The notes below the pieces were generated by a model. That model searched no databases, was not told where the DNA came from, and saw only the letters and a program-made list of their open reading frames with translations. This document shows positions 24,330 through 36,557 of a stretch of 64,000 nt of DNA, piece after piece; position 1 is the first letter of the stretch; every line of letters begins with the position of its first letter. The DNA comes from Octopus vulgaris (taxonomy: Eukaryota), in NCBI GenBank assembly GCA_951406725.2, contig OX597834.1, positions 4,650,001 through 4,714,000 on the forward strand, read 5' to 3'. The position numbers and the translations under genes were made by a program.

Positions 24330-25499
24330 TATATATATATATATATATATATACATATGAATACATATACTCATTATATATACATATAAACGTGAAGACG
24401 TAGCGCTATATGGAGAAAACACCGTTTCCGACATGAATGACTGAGTCAATTGTAAAGTTTCACAAGAGCTGAAAAACTTAGTAAAACTTGTTCCGAGTTC
24501 ATGACATACAAATAAACTTTTGGAGGGATATAATTGCTTTCCGTATGTCAGTGAGAATCAGTTGGCACATAATCAATAAGCATTCAAATCTGATTAGGGA
24601 TTGTCACTTTTGAAAATCGATATAATCCGTTGGATTAATCGATTGACATTTTATGAAAACAATAAAGAAAACAACAAACATTAATAACGACTGAATATCA
24701 CTCAAGGGTGAATCTTGAAAATGTAAATTGTTTTAATTGTTATAATTGCTACTGCCACGAATCCAGGCGAATAACAGGTTTTAATTTTAGTAACATAGAG
24801 AAAATAAGACGAAATTATTAACATAGAACTCTAAGACGATGCAACTAAAGTATAAGCGAATAACTTTTTATGATGTACTGGTGCATAGACCGGGACTAAA
24901 ATGTAGTTAAACGGAATTTTTTAAGAAAAGGAAGAGTTTATATGATATAAAGACGTTTTCTTTAAAGAAGCCATGGAAACAATAAAGTTTTCATAGTGTC
25001 TGCACAAAGCTGATATAAATACCAGACGAAGGAGCAAACTGAAACAATGGTAGGCAAGTGGTGTGAGTTTGTTGTCTGTGAAGCCAACCACCAGAAACAG
25101 AGCAGTTCATCTTGGGAGATGCCGTACAATATCCTTTGAATAATCCCACTTATATCGTTAGACTTGTCGAAAACCTGCTTTCCAGATATTTACATGAATT
25201 CTTATGTAGGCATGCAGTGTCAATGCGAGTCACTAACAATTGTGCGAGCTTTTACAAAATCTGGAGCGTTTTCGAGGAGGTTTGTTGTACACGGAAATCA
25301 TAATGATTCAAAACATAACTACTTGTTTTATTCAATTTATATCACTCAGGACTAACGTTTATCACTCAGGACTAACGTTTAAATTATCTTGATAAACGGC
25401 CAATCAAGCGATTCAGCATATTACATCGATACTGAATAGTGAAAATCCCGTCTGTGATTAGCTTCTTATAAATGTTTCTAGCACAATCGGGTGAAATGT

Positions 25500-25650
25500 A
25501 GTACGCCGGGTGAAATACTTAACAGTAATTCGCCTGTCTTTAAGTTTTGAGTTCAAATTCCGCCGAGGTCGACTTTACCTTTCATCCATTCGCCGTCAAT
25601 AAAATAAGTATCAGTTGAACCCTGGAGTCGATGTAATCTACTTAACCCCT
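25500..25650 (+). mobile_element. SINE family B, degenerate
   Basis: GAGTTCAAATTCCGCCGAGGTCGACTTT... Confidence 0.75.
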
Positions 25651-25669
25651 CCTGGGTATTGAGCATAAA

Positions 25670-26032
25670 AACTGCATCCCTCTGCCAAGCCGTGTCTAGC
25701 CAGTGTGACTCATCAAGCCAGTATGATCTCAAGCCATTCTCTGGTGGAGAGAACATGCTGAAGACTTCGTCCCAAAGTAGACTGAACACGGGCAATCCAA
25801 TCCAATCTCCCAGAATCTTGCGCAAATTGCAAGTGCTCCGAAGTAACATGAATGCTGTTGAATATTCTCTACTTACGTGTATGTCAAAAAATGGTTTATA
25901 TAGTTCCATATCGAAAATAGCGAAAGTACTGTATATTTTTGATGAATACTGACCTAGCCTTCTGTGGTACGTTCTCTTGTTCCTATGCAGATCTATTTCT
26001 TTATAATATTTCCAGCTAAATACGTTGGTCAC
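25670..26032 (-). pseudogene. Possible non-LTR (L1/Tx1-like) reverse transcriptase fragment
   Basis: IFDMELYKPFFDIHVSREY resembles LDxxKAFDxVS; followed by WI..L and a degenerate G.RQG-like segment. Confidence 0.35.
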
Positions 26033-27023
26033 AGTTAAGGGTTTCAGTTGTTAAACAAATGCAATTCTTTTAATACAAAAGAAAATATATGTGTGATTAA
26101 ATATTTATACAGAATATTCTTCGAACCAAAGTGTTTGGAGATGTTTATGGCTTTAGGAACATTCAATTGCTTTAGAAACATACCATTCTGCTCATTTTTA
26201 CTTTTATTTTGTTTCACTTTGAGGGAGAATATATTATTTAACTCTCATTCCGATAATGTGTCATGTCTTGCTCTTTATATGTTTACTGATATATTTAATT
26301 TACTTATTTTATTATATTTTTGCTTAGTTGTTCTTATCTGTTTATTTTTTAATTAAAAAGAAAATTTTCAAATAACTGTATTGGCATTTTAATTTCCTGC
26401 CTTTTATCTTATCTTTTTCCATCATTTGATAACGATGCACATTGTAATACAACGTTGTTTAATATTTGTTTCTTTTTGGTTTGAATGATAAACACAAAAT
26501 GAACTACAATTTTTGAATCGTTTTTTTTTGAGGTTTATTCAATGCAAATTTCTGTAACTGATCAAAATTTAATATATGCGAGAATTGATAATTTGAGAAA
26601 GAGAAAAAATAAAAAAGTATACAAAAATAAAAATGTCCAAATATTGCTACAAACAATACAAACATAAAGAAGAAATTGAGCGTTTGGCTTTAAAGACAAT
26701 ATGTTGCTTGAAAGAAATGCTTGCTTTTTATCTGGCTGATAAACGAAGTGCTAAAGGCAACATCTTGAATCGAATATGAGTGTTGAGGCAAAAATACACT
26801 CAGTTCAAATACTGATATGACATTATGAATAAACCTTGCCTGTTTAATGATAGCAATTGATGTTAAGTAGATTTTGTTCAAGAGAATGCTGTGTTGTGAC
26901 GTTCATGATGTGAACAGGCTACACGTCAACAAGACTTTGTTCTATAACTGAAATTATTAAAAGAATACCAGAAAAAAGTTATTGTGTATTCAAATAAAAT
27001 CAAGTGCCTAAATATATATATAT

Positions 27024-27188
27024 AGGCGCAGGAGTGGCTGTGTGGTAAGTAGCTTGCTAACAACCACATGGTTCTGGGTTCAGTCCCACTGCGTGGCATC
27101 TTGGGCAAGTGTCTTCTGCTATAGCCCCGGGCCGACCAATGCCTTGTGAGTGGATTTGGTAGACGGAAACTGAAAGAAGCCTGTCGTA

Positions 27189-27220
<32 letters not shown>

Positions 27221-27457
27221 AGTGTGTGTGTATATGTTTGTGTGTGTGTGTGTTTGTCCCCCTAGCATTGCTTGACAACCGATGCTGGTGTGTTTATGTC
27301 CCCGTCACTTAGCGGTTCGGCAAAAGAGAACGATAGAATAAGTACTGGGCTTACAAAGAATAAGTCCCGGGGTCGATTTGCCCGACTAAAGGCGGTGCTC
27401 CAGCATGGCCGCAGTCAAATGACTGAAACAAGTAAAAGAGTAAAAAGAGTAAAGAGT
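27024..27457 (+). mobile_element. SINE family A, full length, sense orientation
   Basis: GGCGCAGGAGTGGCTGTGTGGTAAG head through GTAAAAGAGTAAAAGAG tail. Confidence 0.93.
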
Positions 27458-28944
27458 ATATACCCGAAGAATGGAGTTGTGGCTTCAACGATACAACACC
27501 CTTTTAATATGTCTGAGGCTGAATATACATGAAAGTGTGTATTCGTGATTAAATCACTTGAAACAAATGCTTCATCTATGATATCATTCGTACATATATA
27601 CTCTAATAATTTTAGCAACTTGTTCTGTTCCCTAGTTATAAAAGGCGAGTGTTGTGTAACAAATTTCATTTCATTGAAGTTCGCCGACTGAGAATTATAC
27701 CTCAAAAGGCAAAATAAAAGTTTTTGTTTCACAACGATTGGATATAATTTGACAGTGATTTTGGTTTGCTCCATTGACCAATGTGACACTATAGAATTAT
27801 TCTTGTTTGGTCGATCAGGAATTAATTTATGCAAATAGAGACTTCTCCAACTATGAAAACGAGGTCTGTGCTTAGAGCAAAATTAAACATTGGAAATGGA
27901 GCAAATTTGCTTTGTTTTGAATTTTACGCAAATGACATAGCATCATTGATGAACTGAAATTGCTTTGCCTAAACCAGCTGACCAACACCTTAGAAATAGT
28001 TAAATATCAGCCAAATATTACTCAACTTTATTGTTCTTAAACTGACAAGTATATTATCTACTCTCATGTTTTGGAATTCTACTGGCCATATAATAATGAT
28101 CCGCATTTTAATTTCAGAGAGCAAGATATAATCTACACGTTCCATCGATCATTCCACATCAAAATTGCTCTGCTCCATGATTTATTCCATAAACGCCATA
28201 TAAGTTTCACTACTTTCTGCCCGATAAGCATGCTTTTCTATTTCCACATTATCCTTAAAGCGAGCTCGACATAAAAAAAAGATTCGCATAAAGGATTGAC
28301 AACTTTAAGTATAAAGTACATTTTATGCCACCACATTTAAGATACATAACGGGCTGTTAAAGGCGAAGACAAGCGTGGGAGGTGATTGCATTATAGAGTC
28401 TATCCCTCATATCCATAACAATGTTCAGCATATCTCCCAGAAGTAATCTCCTTTTTCAGCTTAACTGATTATAACACATGTAGCGGCTCGGTCAGGAAAT
28501 AACAGGAGAATCTCTCAATAGCAAAAACTTAACAAAAATTTGACATATCTTACATGTAACCTTCACTTGATGCATAAAGTCCCACAATAATCTCGCTCGC
28601 TTCCATCTCCATGTCTCTCCCTTTTTTGCAATCGTTTCTTCTTTTGTTCCCTCAAATTTGAAATATTCCTACTTATGCTAGATTCTCTTACACTCTTAAA
28701 ATATGATGGGGAAATTTAGAAAATATAAATTCAACTTAGATCTCGTGTGGGTTATGCAAAATGCATCATACGTGTGCCAATTACGAACATGACTTCAACT
28801 TTTTTTCTTTTTATCATAAATATTACTGAATATTTATAACTGGAAGTTGATCTCCAATTCCACATGTAGGAGAAGATGACCTTCACTGGTAGGGTTTTCT
28901 ATTTACATGTTTGTCCAACATTTCGTGAATATTATGATAATATA

Positions 28945-29192
28945 AGGCGGCGAGTTGGCAGAATCATCGTTAGTAGGCCGGGCGAAATGTTTAGCAGTAT
29001 TTTGTCCATACTCACGTTCTGAGTCTAAATTCGGCCGAGGTCGACTTTGGCTTTCATCCTTTCGGGGTCGATGAAATAAGCGCCAGTAGTCGACTAGTAG
29101 AAGACACTTGCCCAAGTTACCACGCAGTGGGACTGAACCTGGAACAATGTGGATCGTAAGCAAGCTACTTACCACACAGCCACTCCTACGCC
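28945..29192. mobile_element. Convergent fusion of SINE B 5' part (+) and SINE A 5' part (-)
   Basis: Family B head 28945-29085 followed almost directly by reverse family A head 29095-29192. Confidence 0.8.
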
Positions 29193-29754
29193 TATATATT
29201 TATATATATTTATTCGACACCTGTAAACAATTTCTCAAACACACTTCCGGAAAAAAATCTTTTAACAGACTAAAAACGCTAGACTAATTTTGTTATCCTT
29301 TGTAAGACGATAGCGTTTTGCTACGTTTAAGATCTTTTGTGAAATAAACATGCTTAACGGTCGATGCACCATAGTCGCAATTACTTCGATTTGCGCTTTT
29401 ATATTGGCCATTAACTGCCACGTTTTAGGCAGCGAGCTGGCCATAAATTGGTGGCCTTGTGCAAAAGTTGGAAATCTATATTATAATAATGTTCTTGTTA
29501 AATTTCATTCGGTTGGCAGCAAAAGACATATTGTTTTAACGTTAGTTCTTCTAATTCTATAACTTAATTCTTAGTTCTTAATTCTCTGTGCTAGCCGAGG
29601 AATGAAGAAATTATCCATAATTAGACGTAAAACATATTCCACAATATCCCGCCATAATACATATATTAGAAATATGTTTATTTGAATAACAGTTAAATAT
29701 CATATTGATAAGCAATATTGGAATGCTAGCGTTTAACTTAGCAGTAAATGGTTT

Positions 29755-29942
29755 CAAATTTTGTCACAAGGGCTGAAATTTTGGGGAAGGATACGAGTCA
29801 ATTACATCGACTCTAGTGTTAAACTGGTACTTATTTTATCGAAACCGAAAGGATGAAAGGCAAAGTCGACCTCGGTGGAATTTGAACTCAGAACGTAGCG
29901 ACGGGGGAAAGCATTTCGTCCAGTGCGCTAACGATTCTGCCA
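29755..29942 (-). mobile_element. SINE family B
   Basis: Reverse complement of family B body and head. Confidence 0.8.
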
Positions 29943-30444
29943 CCGAAGATATTCGGTGTATTTCTGTCACCTACGCCTGATCACCCAAAAGGAACAAACC
30001 CATTACAATACAATGCACTGGTATTAAGCGAACTCATGGTGTATACAGTATCACAGTTTTACCATGACATTATTTCACCTCTGTTTGAGCATGCAATCTG
30101 TCCATAACAAATCATGATATATTATAAATAAGACAAAACGTCACGCTTCGAATCACAATGATTGCAAACACTATTAATAAACCTTCTCATCTTGTAAGAA
30201 GGAGAGTTTATTTGTCGGAGGATACTCTTCCCTTTTAAGAGCTTTTGATAAATCATACTCCCGCTTAACACAGTGATACATATTAAAAAAAATATCACTA
30301 CAATTAATAAGACACAATCCTAAAAAACACGATCTGTCGCACTCGAATGTGACGAATAAAAAGAAGGAAAACGTATTGGTACCAGCACGGCTGGTAAACA
30401 AGTTGTGTGTGAGGCAGACCACGTCAATTGCGTGAAGGTCTGTC

Positions 30445-30915
30445 GTATTTATGTATGTATGTATGTATGTATGTATGTATGTATGTATGTATGTATGTAT
30501 GTAGTATGTACTTACGAATAGGAGAACAAAGTGTACGTACGCTGCTATATATATATATACGTATATATATGTATAAATACAAAATGGGACAAAAACGCAA
30601 AACATCCAAATAGACGATACAAAAAACACGGACGGGTCATTCTAAGCCTTTAATCTTCAGTCAAGAACCGGATCATCCTCGCAATTTCGTCTGATTAATC
30701 TTGAGAATACTCCAATCTGGCCAGCCCCAAGGAAAAACTAAGCTACGAGCATTAGATTTCTTGGAAAAAGGATCGAATGTATACGAAACAAGGACTGTAT
30801 GTGTGTATGTATGTATGTATGTATGTATGTATGTATGTATGTATGTATGTATGTATGTATGTATTTATGTATGTATATATGTATGCATGTATGTATTTAT
30901 GTATGTATGTATGTA
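30445..30915. repeat. (TATG)n microsatellites flanking a ~215-bp insert of unknown origin (30580-30796)
   Basis: Direct reading. Confidence 0.8.
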
Positions 30916-30927
30916 TTATATATTATA

Positions 30928-31150
30928 TTTTACTTGTTTCAGTTATTATACTGCAGTCATGCTGGGGTACCGTTTTAAAGAATCTTTAGTCAAACGAATC
31001 GACCCCAGATTTCTTTTAGAGCTGGGTACTTATTCTATCGGTCTATTTTGCCGAACCGCTTCGTTACCGGTATGTAACCAAACCAGCAGCAGTTGTGAAG
31101 TGTTGCTTAAGGCGAAACACAGAAAAAGACACACAGATACACACAGGCAC
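30928..31150 (-). mobile_element. SINE family A 3' half, degenerate
   Basis: TTTTACTTGTTTCAG..ACTTATTCTATCGGTC..GCCGAACCGCT. Confidence 0.7.
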
Positions 31151-31789
31151 ACGCAATCCGTTTATGAACCCCAAACACCATTTCTACTGTTTGTTTTAAT
31201 GACCACTATGGCCTGCCCTATATTATGCATGGTATTCAGCTATGAATTGTCTGCGTCAGAATTTGTGCCAGGGGCCATAGATATACACAACCAGCAACAG
31301 CTGAGATATTGTAGAAAAAAAAAAAATTAAAGCCACATCAAATAATGACAAACACCTAAAATACCCCAAGACCCCAGCATCTGCATAACTGCATAGTACA
31401 TATCTATAATAGACCTTCGTGGTAACTATATAATTGTTTTGTAGTTCTTCAATGAATAATTTATAAATGTAAAGATAATACCGTACTGAATAATCCCAGA
31501 AAAACAAAACAATTGCGTCGATCGAATTTCCAGACGGCATACATCATCTGTAATGAAATAAAAAATAAAACACGATTAAACATGAAAGTGAAACAAAATA
31601 ATTGTTTTAGATACTTGTATGAATCAATTATGTAATTGCTTATTTAAATTCAATATTTTTTGCATGAATTATAGGAATAATTTGAATGCTCTGGACACTA
31701 AATTTATATGAAATACAGACAAAATCACGCATATATTCGCAGGAGACAACACACATATGCGTATATACAAATGCATTCATAAAAAATGG

Positions 31790-32000
31790 TTTCAGCTTTT
31801 GACACAAGGTCAGTAGCTTCGGAGAAGTGGCTAAGTCGGGTACATTGATCCCAGTGTTCGACTGGTACTTATTTTATCGACCCCTGTAAGCATGAAACGC
31901 GCAAATTTGACCAAGGTGGAATTTGAATTCAGAACGTGCAAATTGACGAAATGCTGTTAAGAATTTTGCTCGGCGTGCAAGGAAGTCTGCTAGCTCGCCA
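31790..32000 (-). mobile_element. SINE family B, degenerate
   Basis: ACTGGTACTTATTTTATCGACCCC...GGAATTTGAATTCAGAACG. Confidence 0.7.
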
Positions 32001-32273
32001 CGTTGGCATTCATTATATAATCAAATGAAAGAAATAATGGTAGATTACGATATTCATAGATATTGAAATATGTGCAAAGCACATACATTGTGTTTTGCAT
32101 AAAGATGTATAAGTATTGCATGTCTTCTGCCTATCTTTTTACGCAGGTGGGGACACGTGTGGGTCAGTAAAATCTGTGATGGCATGTGTCAAGCTATCTC
32201 ATTGAAGCGCATGTCATTATAGTTGTGCAAAAGTTTATTTTGCTTTAATTGCTAAGTCAGATGGTCTTTTCTC

Positions 32274-32366
<93 letters not shown>

Positions 32367-32406
32367 TAAATGAAAAGAATAGAGTCGAACGAAGATTTTA
32401 ACAAAA

Positions 32407-32505
32407 TTCCTTTACTTTAGACATATGTTTCGAAGACTGCATACTCTTAATTCCGAAGGAATGAAGGTTGCATTATGCGGTCTTCTCATCAGGAAATACA
32501 AGGAA
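32407..32505 (-). ncRNA. Type I hammerhead motif, left arm
   Basis: Mirror of 32601-32699; TCATCAG at 32486-32492. Confidence 0.78.
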
Positions 32506-32600
32506 TCTCAATCAGCCTCAAGACGAACAAAAGCTTCTTACCGTCTGCCTACATGGTTTCCACAGTAAGAAGCTTTTGTTCGTCTTGAGGCTGATAGAGG

Positions 32601-32699
32601 TTCCTTGAATTTCCTGATGAGAAGACGGCATAATGCAACCTTCATTCCTTCGGAATTAAGAGTATGCAGTCTTCGAAACATATGTCGAAAGTAAAGGAA
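32601..32699 (+). ncRNA. Type I hammerhead ribozyme motif, right arm
   Basis: TTTC-CTGATGA(32614)-GAAGAC..GTCTTC-GAAAC-ATAT-GTC-GAAA; 6-bp helix II extended by GCATA/TATGC; palindromic ACATATGT helix III; helix I extended by TTCCTT/AAGGAA. Confidence 0.85.
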
Positions 32700-32883
32700 T
32701 TTTGTTAAAAACTTCGTTCGACTCCATTCTTTTCAGTTATTCATATAAAAAACACACAAATTTCCACACACGAACACGGGGTTCGGCCCTTGGCATGTAA
32801 CTTCAACCGTGTTTTACTGACGTGAATTTGCTACCTAGGTATTGATTAACCGAATTATCCATACTAGGATAATTTATTCATCT

Positions 32884-32910
<27 letters not shown>

Positions 32911-32914
<4 letters not shown>

Positions 32915-33290
32915 TCATAAATGAGGGCAAACGAAAAAAATTCCAATGCCAAATATGCCGAAAAATTGGACATATTGTCCATTAACCATATAATGTTTTC
33001 ATAATACGCACGCTACTCGAAAAAAGGTCGACAGAAATTTCTAAAAAAATCCATTATTACCATATCGGACCGATTTCAGAGTTAGCTATTAAGAGCCCTC
33101 TCTTCGTCAGTGATACATGTGGTAAGAGAAATATATGAGATACTTACTCATACCCACGGAAGAAGCAAATACTAAGTCGCGGGCACAACTAAGTACCCCA
33201 AATACATCCAAAATAGAAATGCTGGCCATTGATAAAATTTTTTTCGAGAAAATATTTTTTTTCGAAAAGAATTTTATCCTCACATTTGAT
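32911..33290 (-). mobile_element. TA-embedded ~380-bp hammerhead-bearing element
   Basis: Bounded by (TA)n; hammerhead at 33062-33116. Confidence 0.65.
33062..33116 (-). ncRNA. Minimal type I hammerhead motif
   Basis: Minus GTATCA-CTGACGA-AGAG..CTCT-GAAAT-CG-GTC-CGATAT; helix II AGAG/CTCT; one change from the ACCGGT palindrome; one mismatch at the base of helix I. Confidence 0.72.
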
Positions 33291-33402
33291 ATATATATAT
33301 ATGTATGTATGTATGTATATATATGTATGTATGTATAAATATATATATAGATATCTTTATGTATGTATGTATATATATATATGTATGTGTGTATATATAT
33401 AC

Positions 33403-33696
<294 letters not shown>

Positions 33697-33701
33697 ATAT
33701 A

Positions 33702-34098
33702 TCTCTTTACTCTTTACTCTTTTACTTGTTTCAGTCATTTGACTGCGGCCATGCTGGAGCACCGCCTTTAATCGAGCAACTCGACCCCGGGACTTATTCT
33801 TTTGTAAGCCCAGTACTTATTCTATCGGTCTCTTTTGTCGAACCGCTAAGTAACGGGGACATAATCACACCAGCATCGGTTGTCAAGCAATGCTAGGGGG
33901 ACAAACACAGACACACGCATATATATATACATATATATGACGGGCTTCTTTCAGTTTCCATCTACCAATTCTACTCACAAGGCTTTGGTCGGCCCGAGGC
34001 TATAGTAGAAGACACTTGCCCAAGGTGCCACGCAGTGAGACTGAACCCAGAACCATGTGATTGGTAAGCAAGCTACTTACCACACAGCCACTCCTGCG

Positions 34099-34100
<2 letters not shown>
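33702..34100 (-). mobile_element. SINE family A
   Basis: Same structure as 2970-3415. Confidence 0.92.
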
Positions 34101-34168
<68 letters not shown>

Positions 34169-34824
34169 AGTTGTGTAAAATCTTACTGTTGACAAAGGTG
34201 TTGAACGTTATTAAATAACAATGAAAATATACACATTAAGTACAGAACATCACCAAACGAACGAAAAATACGTAAACACACAACGAGAGACAAGTACTGG
34301 AAGAAATACCAACCATAAAAAGTCAAACTTCTCCTCAGTTGTCGGCTGTTTATTACTGCCTGTTTTTCGCGCTTTTAACGACAAAAGCAGAAGACTTCAT
34401 AAAAATAAACAATTTGTGGCGATTTAGGGCGTCCAACGAACGAACAACACCAGAGTGTAGGTACAAATAAATGATCGACGAGGCCAGACGTTTAGGGCTG
34501 TTAGGCAAAGACGAATTCTTATGGGTAACGCCTGTGAGAAATTTTGGAAGAGAAAATCGCACTTCTAACACAAAGTAAGTATTGACTCGTAAACCTGTCA
34601 TATACTTGATAGTATATTGTGGTTGCTAAAGGAATTATACCGTGTCCTTGCCAGCAATCAATTAGCGTTATATGATGCATACATTTCATGCATTGAAAGC
34701 AGATAAGGCTTGAGAGAGCTTAGACTGCAATTATTAACAAGACAACTCGCTACATGGAATCTCAGCAGTTATATCACCACTTGATTATTTAGTACATTTA
34801 TGCATTATTACAAAGCCTGTATTA

Positions 34825-35045
34825 TACTCTTTTACTCTTTTACTTGTTTCAGTCAGTTGACTGCGGCCATGCTGGAGCACCGCCTTTAGTCGAGCAACAC
34901 GACCCCGGGACTTATTCTTTTGTAAGCCCGGTACTTATTCTATCGGTCTCTTGTGCCGAACCGCTAAGTGACGGGGACGTAAACACACCAGCATCGGTTG
35001 TCAAGCAATGCTAGAGGGACAAACACAGACACACAAACACACACA

Positions 35046-35083
<38 letters not shown>

Positions 35084-35248
35084 TACGACGGGCTTCTTTC
35101 AGTTTCTATTTACCAAATACACTCACAAGGCTTTGGTCGTCCCGAGGCTATAGCAGAAGACACATGCCCAAGGTGCCACGCAGTGGGACTGAACCTGGAA
35201 CCATGTGATTGGTAAGCAAGCTACTTACCACACAGCCACTCCTATGCC
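34825..35248 (-). mobile_element. SINE family A
   Basis: Same structure as 2970-3415. Confidence 0.92.
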
Positions 35249-35647
35249 TATTATGTTTACAATTTTCTACAAGAATTTTACGCGATTTCGAAAACACTGA
35301 AGGAATGAAAATGAGCAAATCCTCGAGCAAAAAAGCAACATTCATCAAATATATTTTCTGTGGTATATCATTAATGGAGATAATTAATAAAATTGAATAA
35401 TTCAGAAAATTATATGTAATTAAATATATATAAACATATTCACTAATTCAATTTTTTTTCCCAATTCGTTTAAGAATATTCATCATGTGACTTAAAATTT
35501 TGATTCGAAAAGATGTTTTAAATACAATTACGGAGTAGAACTACCTGCAAATATGTCTGCGTGAATTTGCTTTAATGAGAATGTTTGTGTATTGGAGAAA
35601 AAGGCAGAGGGAAGCGATTAGATTGAACGAGAGATTTAGAAAGAGAG

Positions 35648-35691
<44 letters not shown>

Positions 35692-35897
35692 GTATTTGAG
35701 ATGAATAAAAAATGTTTTGAACGTGTACATGTAATACATTATTATATGAACATGTTTATAAGCATATAAATTGCTAATTTGTTGCCAAAGAAAGCAAAGA
35801 ATTTAAAATCTGTAGGAGAAAATATTCCAAATAAATCGAATTAGATGAAACAAACAAAGCAATTTAAAAATATTGATAAAGATCATATCAATGCTGC

Positions 35898-35898
35898 G

Positions 35899-35965
<67 letters not shown>
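35898..35965. repeat. (CTA)n microsatellite followed by a minus-strand SINE B 3' fragment (to about 36065)
   Basis: Direct reading. Confidence 0.88.
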
Positions 35966-36485
35966 TTTTTTCAAATTTTGGCAAAAGGCCGGCAATTTCA
36001 ATGTGGGGGCATACGCTGATTACATAGACCCCAATATTCAACTGGTACTTATGTTTCATCGACCCTAAATCCATAAATCCTCAGCAGACAAGACAAGAGA
36101 CTGACCAAAGACGAAGTAAACAAAAGAATGAACCTTCAAACTAGTCACGGATGGCAAGTTCCCGTATAACCACGAACAATTAAACATACATGCAAACAAA
36201 TGCAGTCACACGGGTTTTGTTGACACAACCACACACGCACACACACACAAAGACGCATAAACACACAGACAGACAGAAACACAGCCACACACTCAAACCC
36301 TTCATTTAGTCATACTCTTACCTCTTCTCAGCAAACACACTGATACACACACACAAGCATGCATAAACACAGACATAAGACTAATTCTCAGGCAGAAGTA
36401 AAGCAGACCTTGTAAGAAGAAGTGAGGCCGCCAGGACCCACTGGAAATTTCGCGAACAGCGACGAAAGAAACTTGATTAACAAAC

Positions 36486-36557
36486 AACCAATCGATTGTT
36501 TAACCAACACATTAAACAACCAATCATTTAGTTAGTTGATTAGACGTTTAACCAATT
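36486..36557. promoter_or_regulatory. Three CCAAT motifs spaced exactly 32 bp apart
   Basis: CCAAT at 36488, 36520, 36552; function not shown. Confidence 0.25.

Larger units (their letters stand above)
32360..32885. mobile_element. Fold-back element: ~185-bp inverted arms (32360-32544, 32562-32746) plus unpaired right tail, in (TA)n
   Basis: Arms are reverse complements with scattered mismatches; each carries a hammerhead. Confidence 0.9.

Noticed and set aside
27024-27095. tRNA gene
   Set aside because: tRNA-like SINE head without a full cloverleaf, continuous with the SINE body
30640-30665. Minus-strand CTGAAGA in a microsatellite-embedded insert
   Set aside because: No convincing helix II, GAAA or helix I; left unclassified
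30701-31330. 209-aa ORF
   Set aside because: Read-through of (TATG)n and a SINE fragment
32130-32235. Exon after strong acceptor-like TTTTTACGCAG
   Set aside because: All frames stop quickly and no clear donor; unsupported without RNA data
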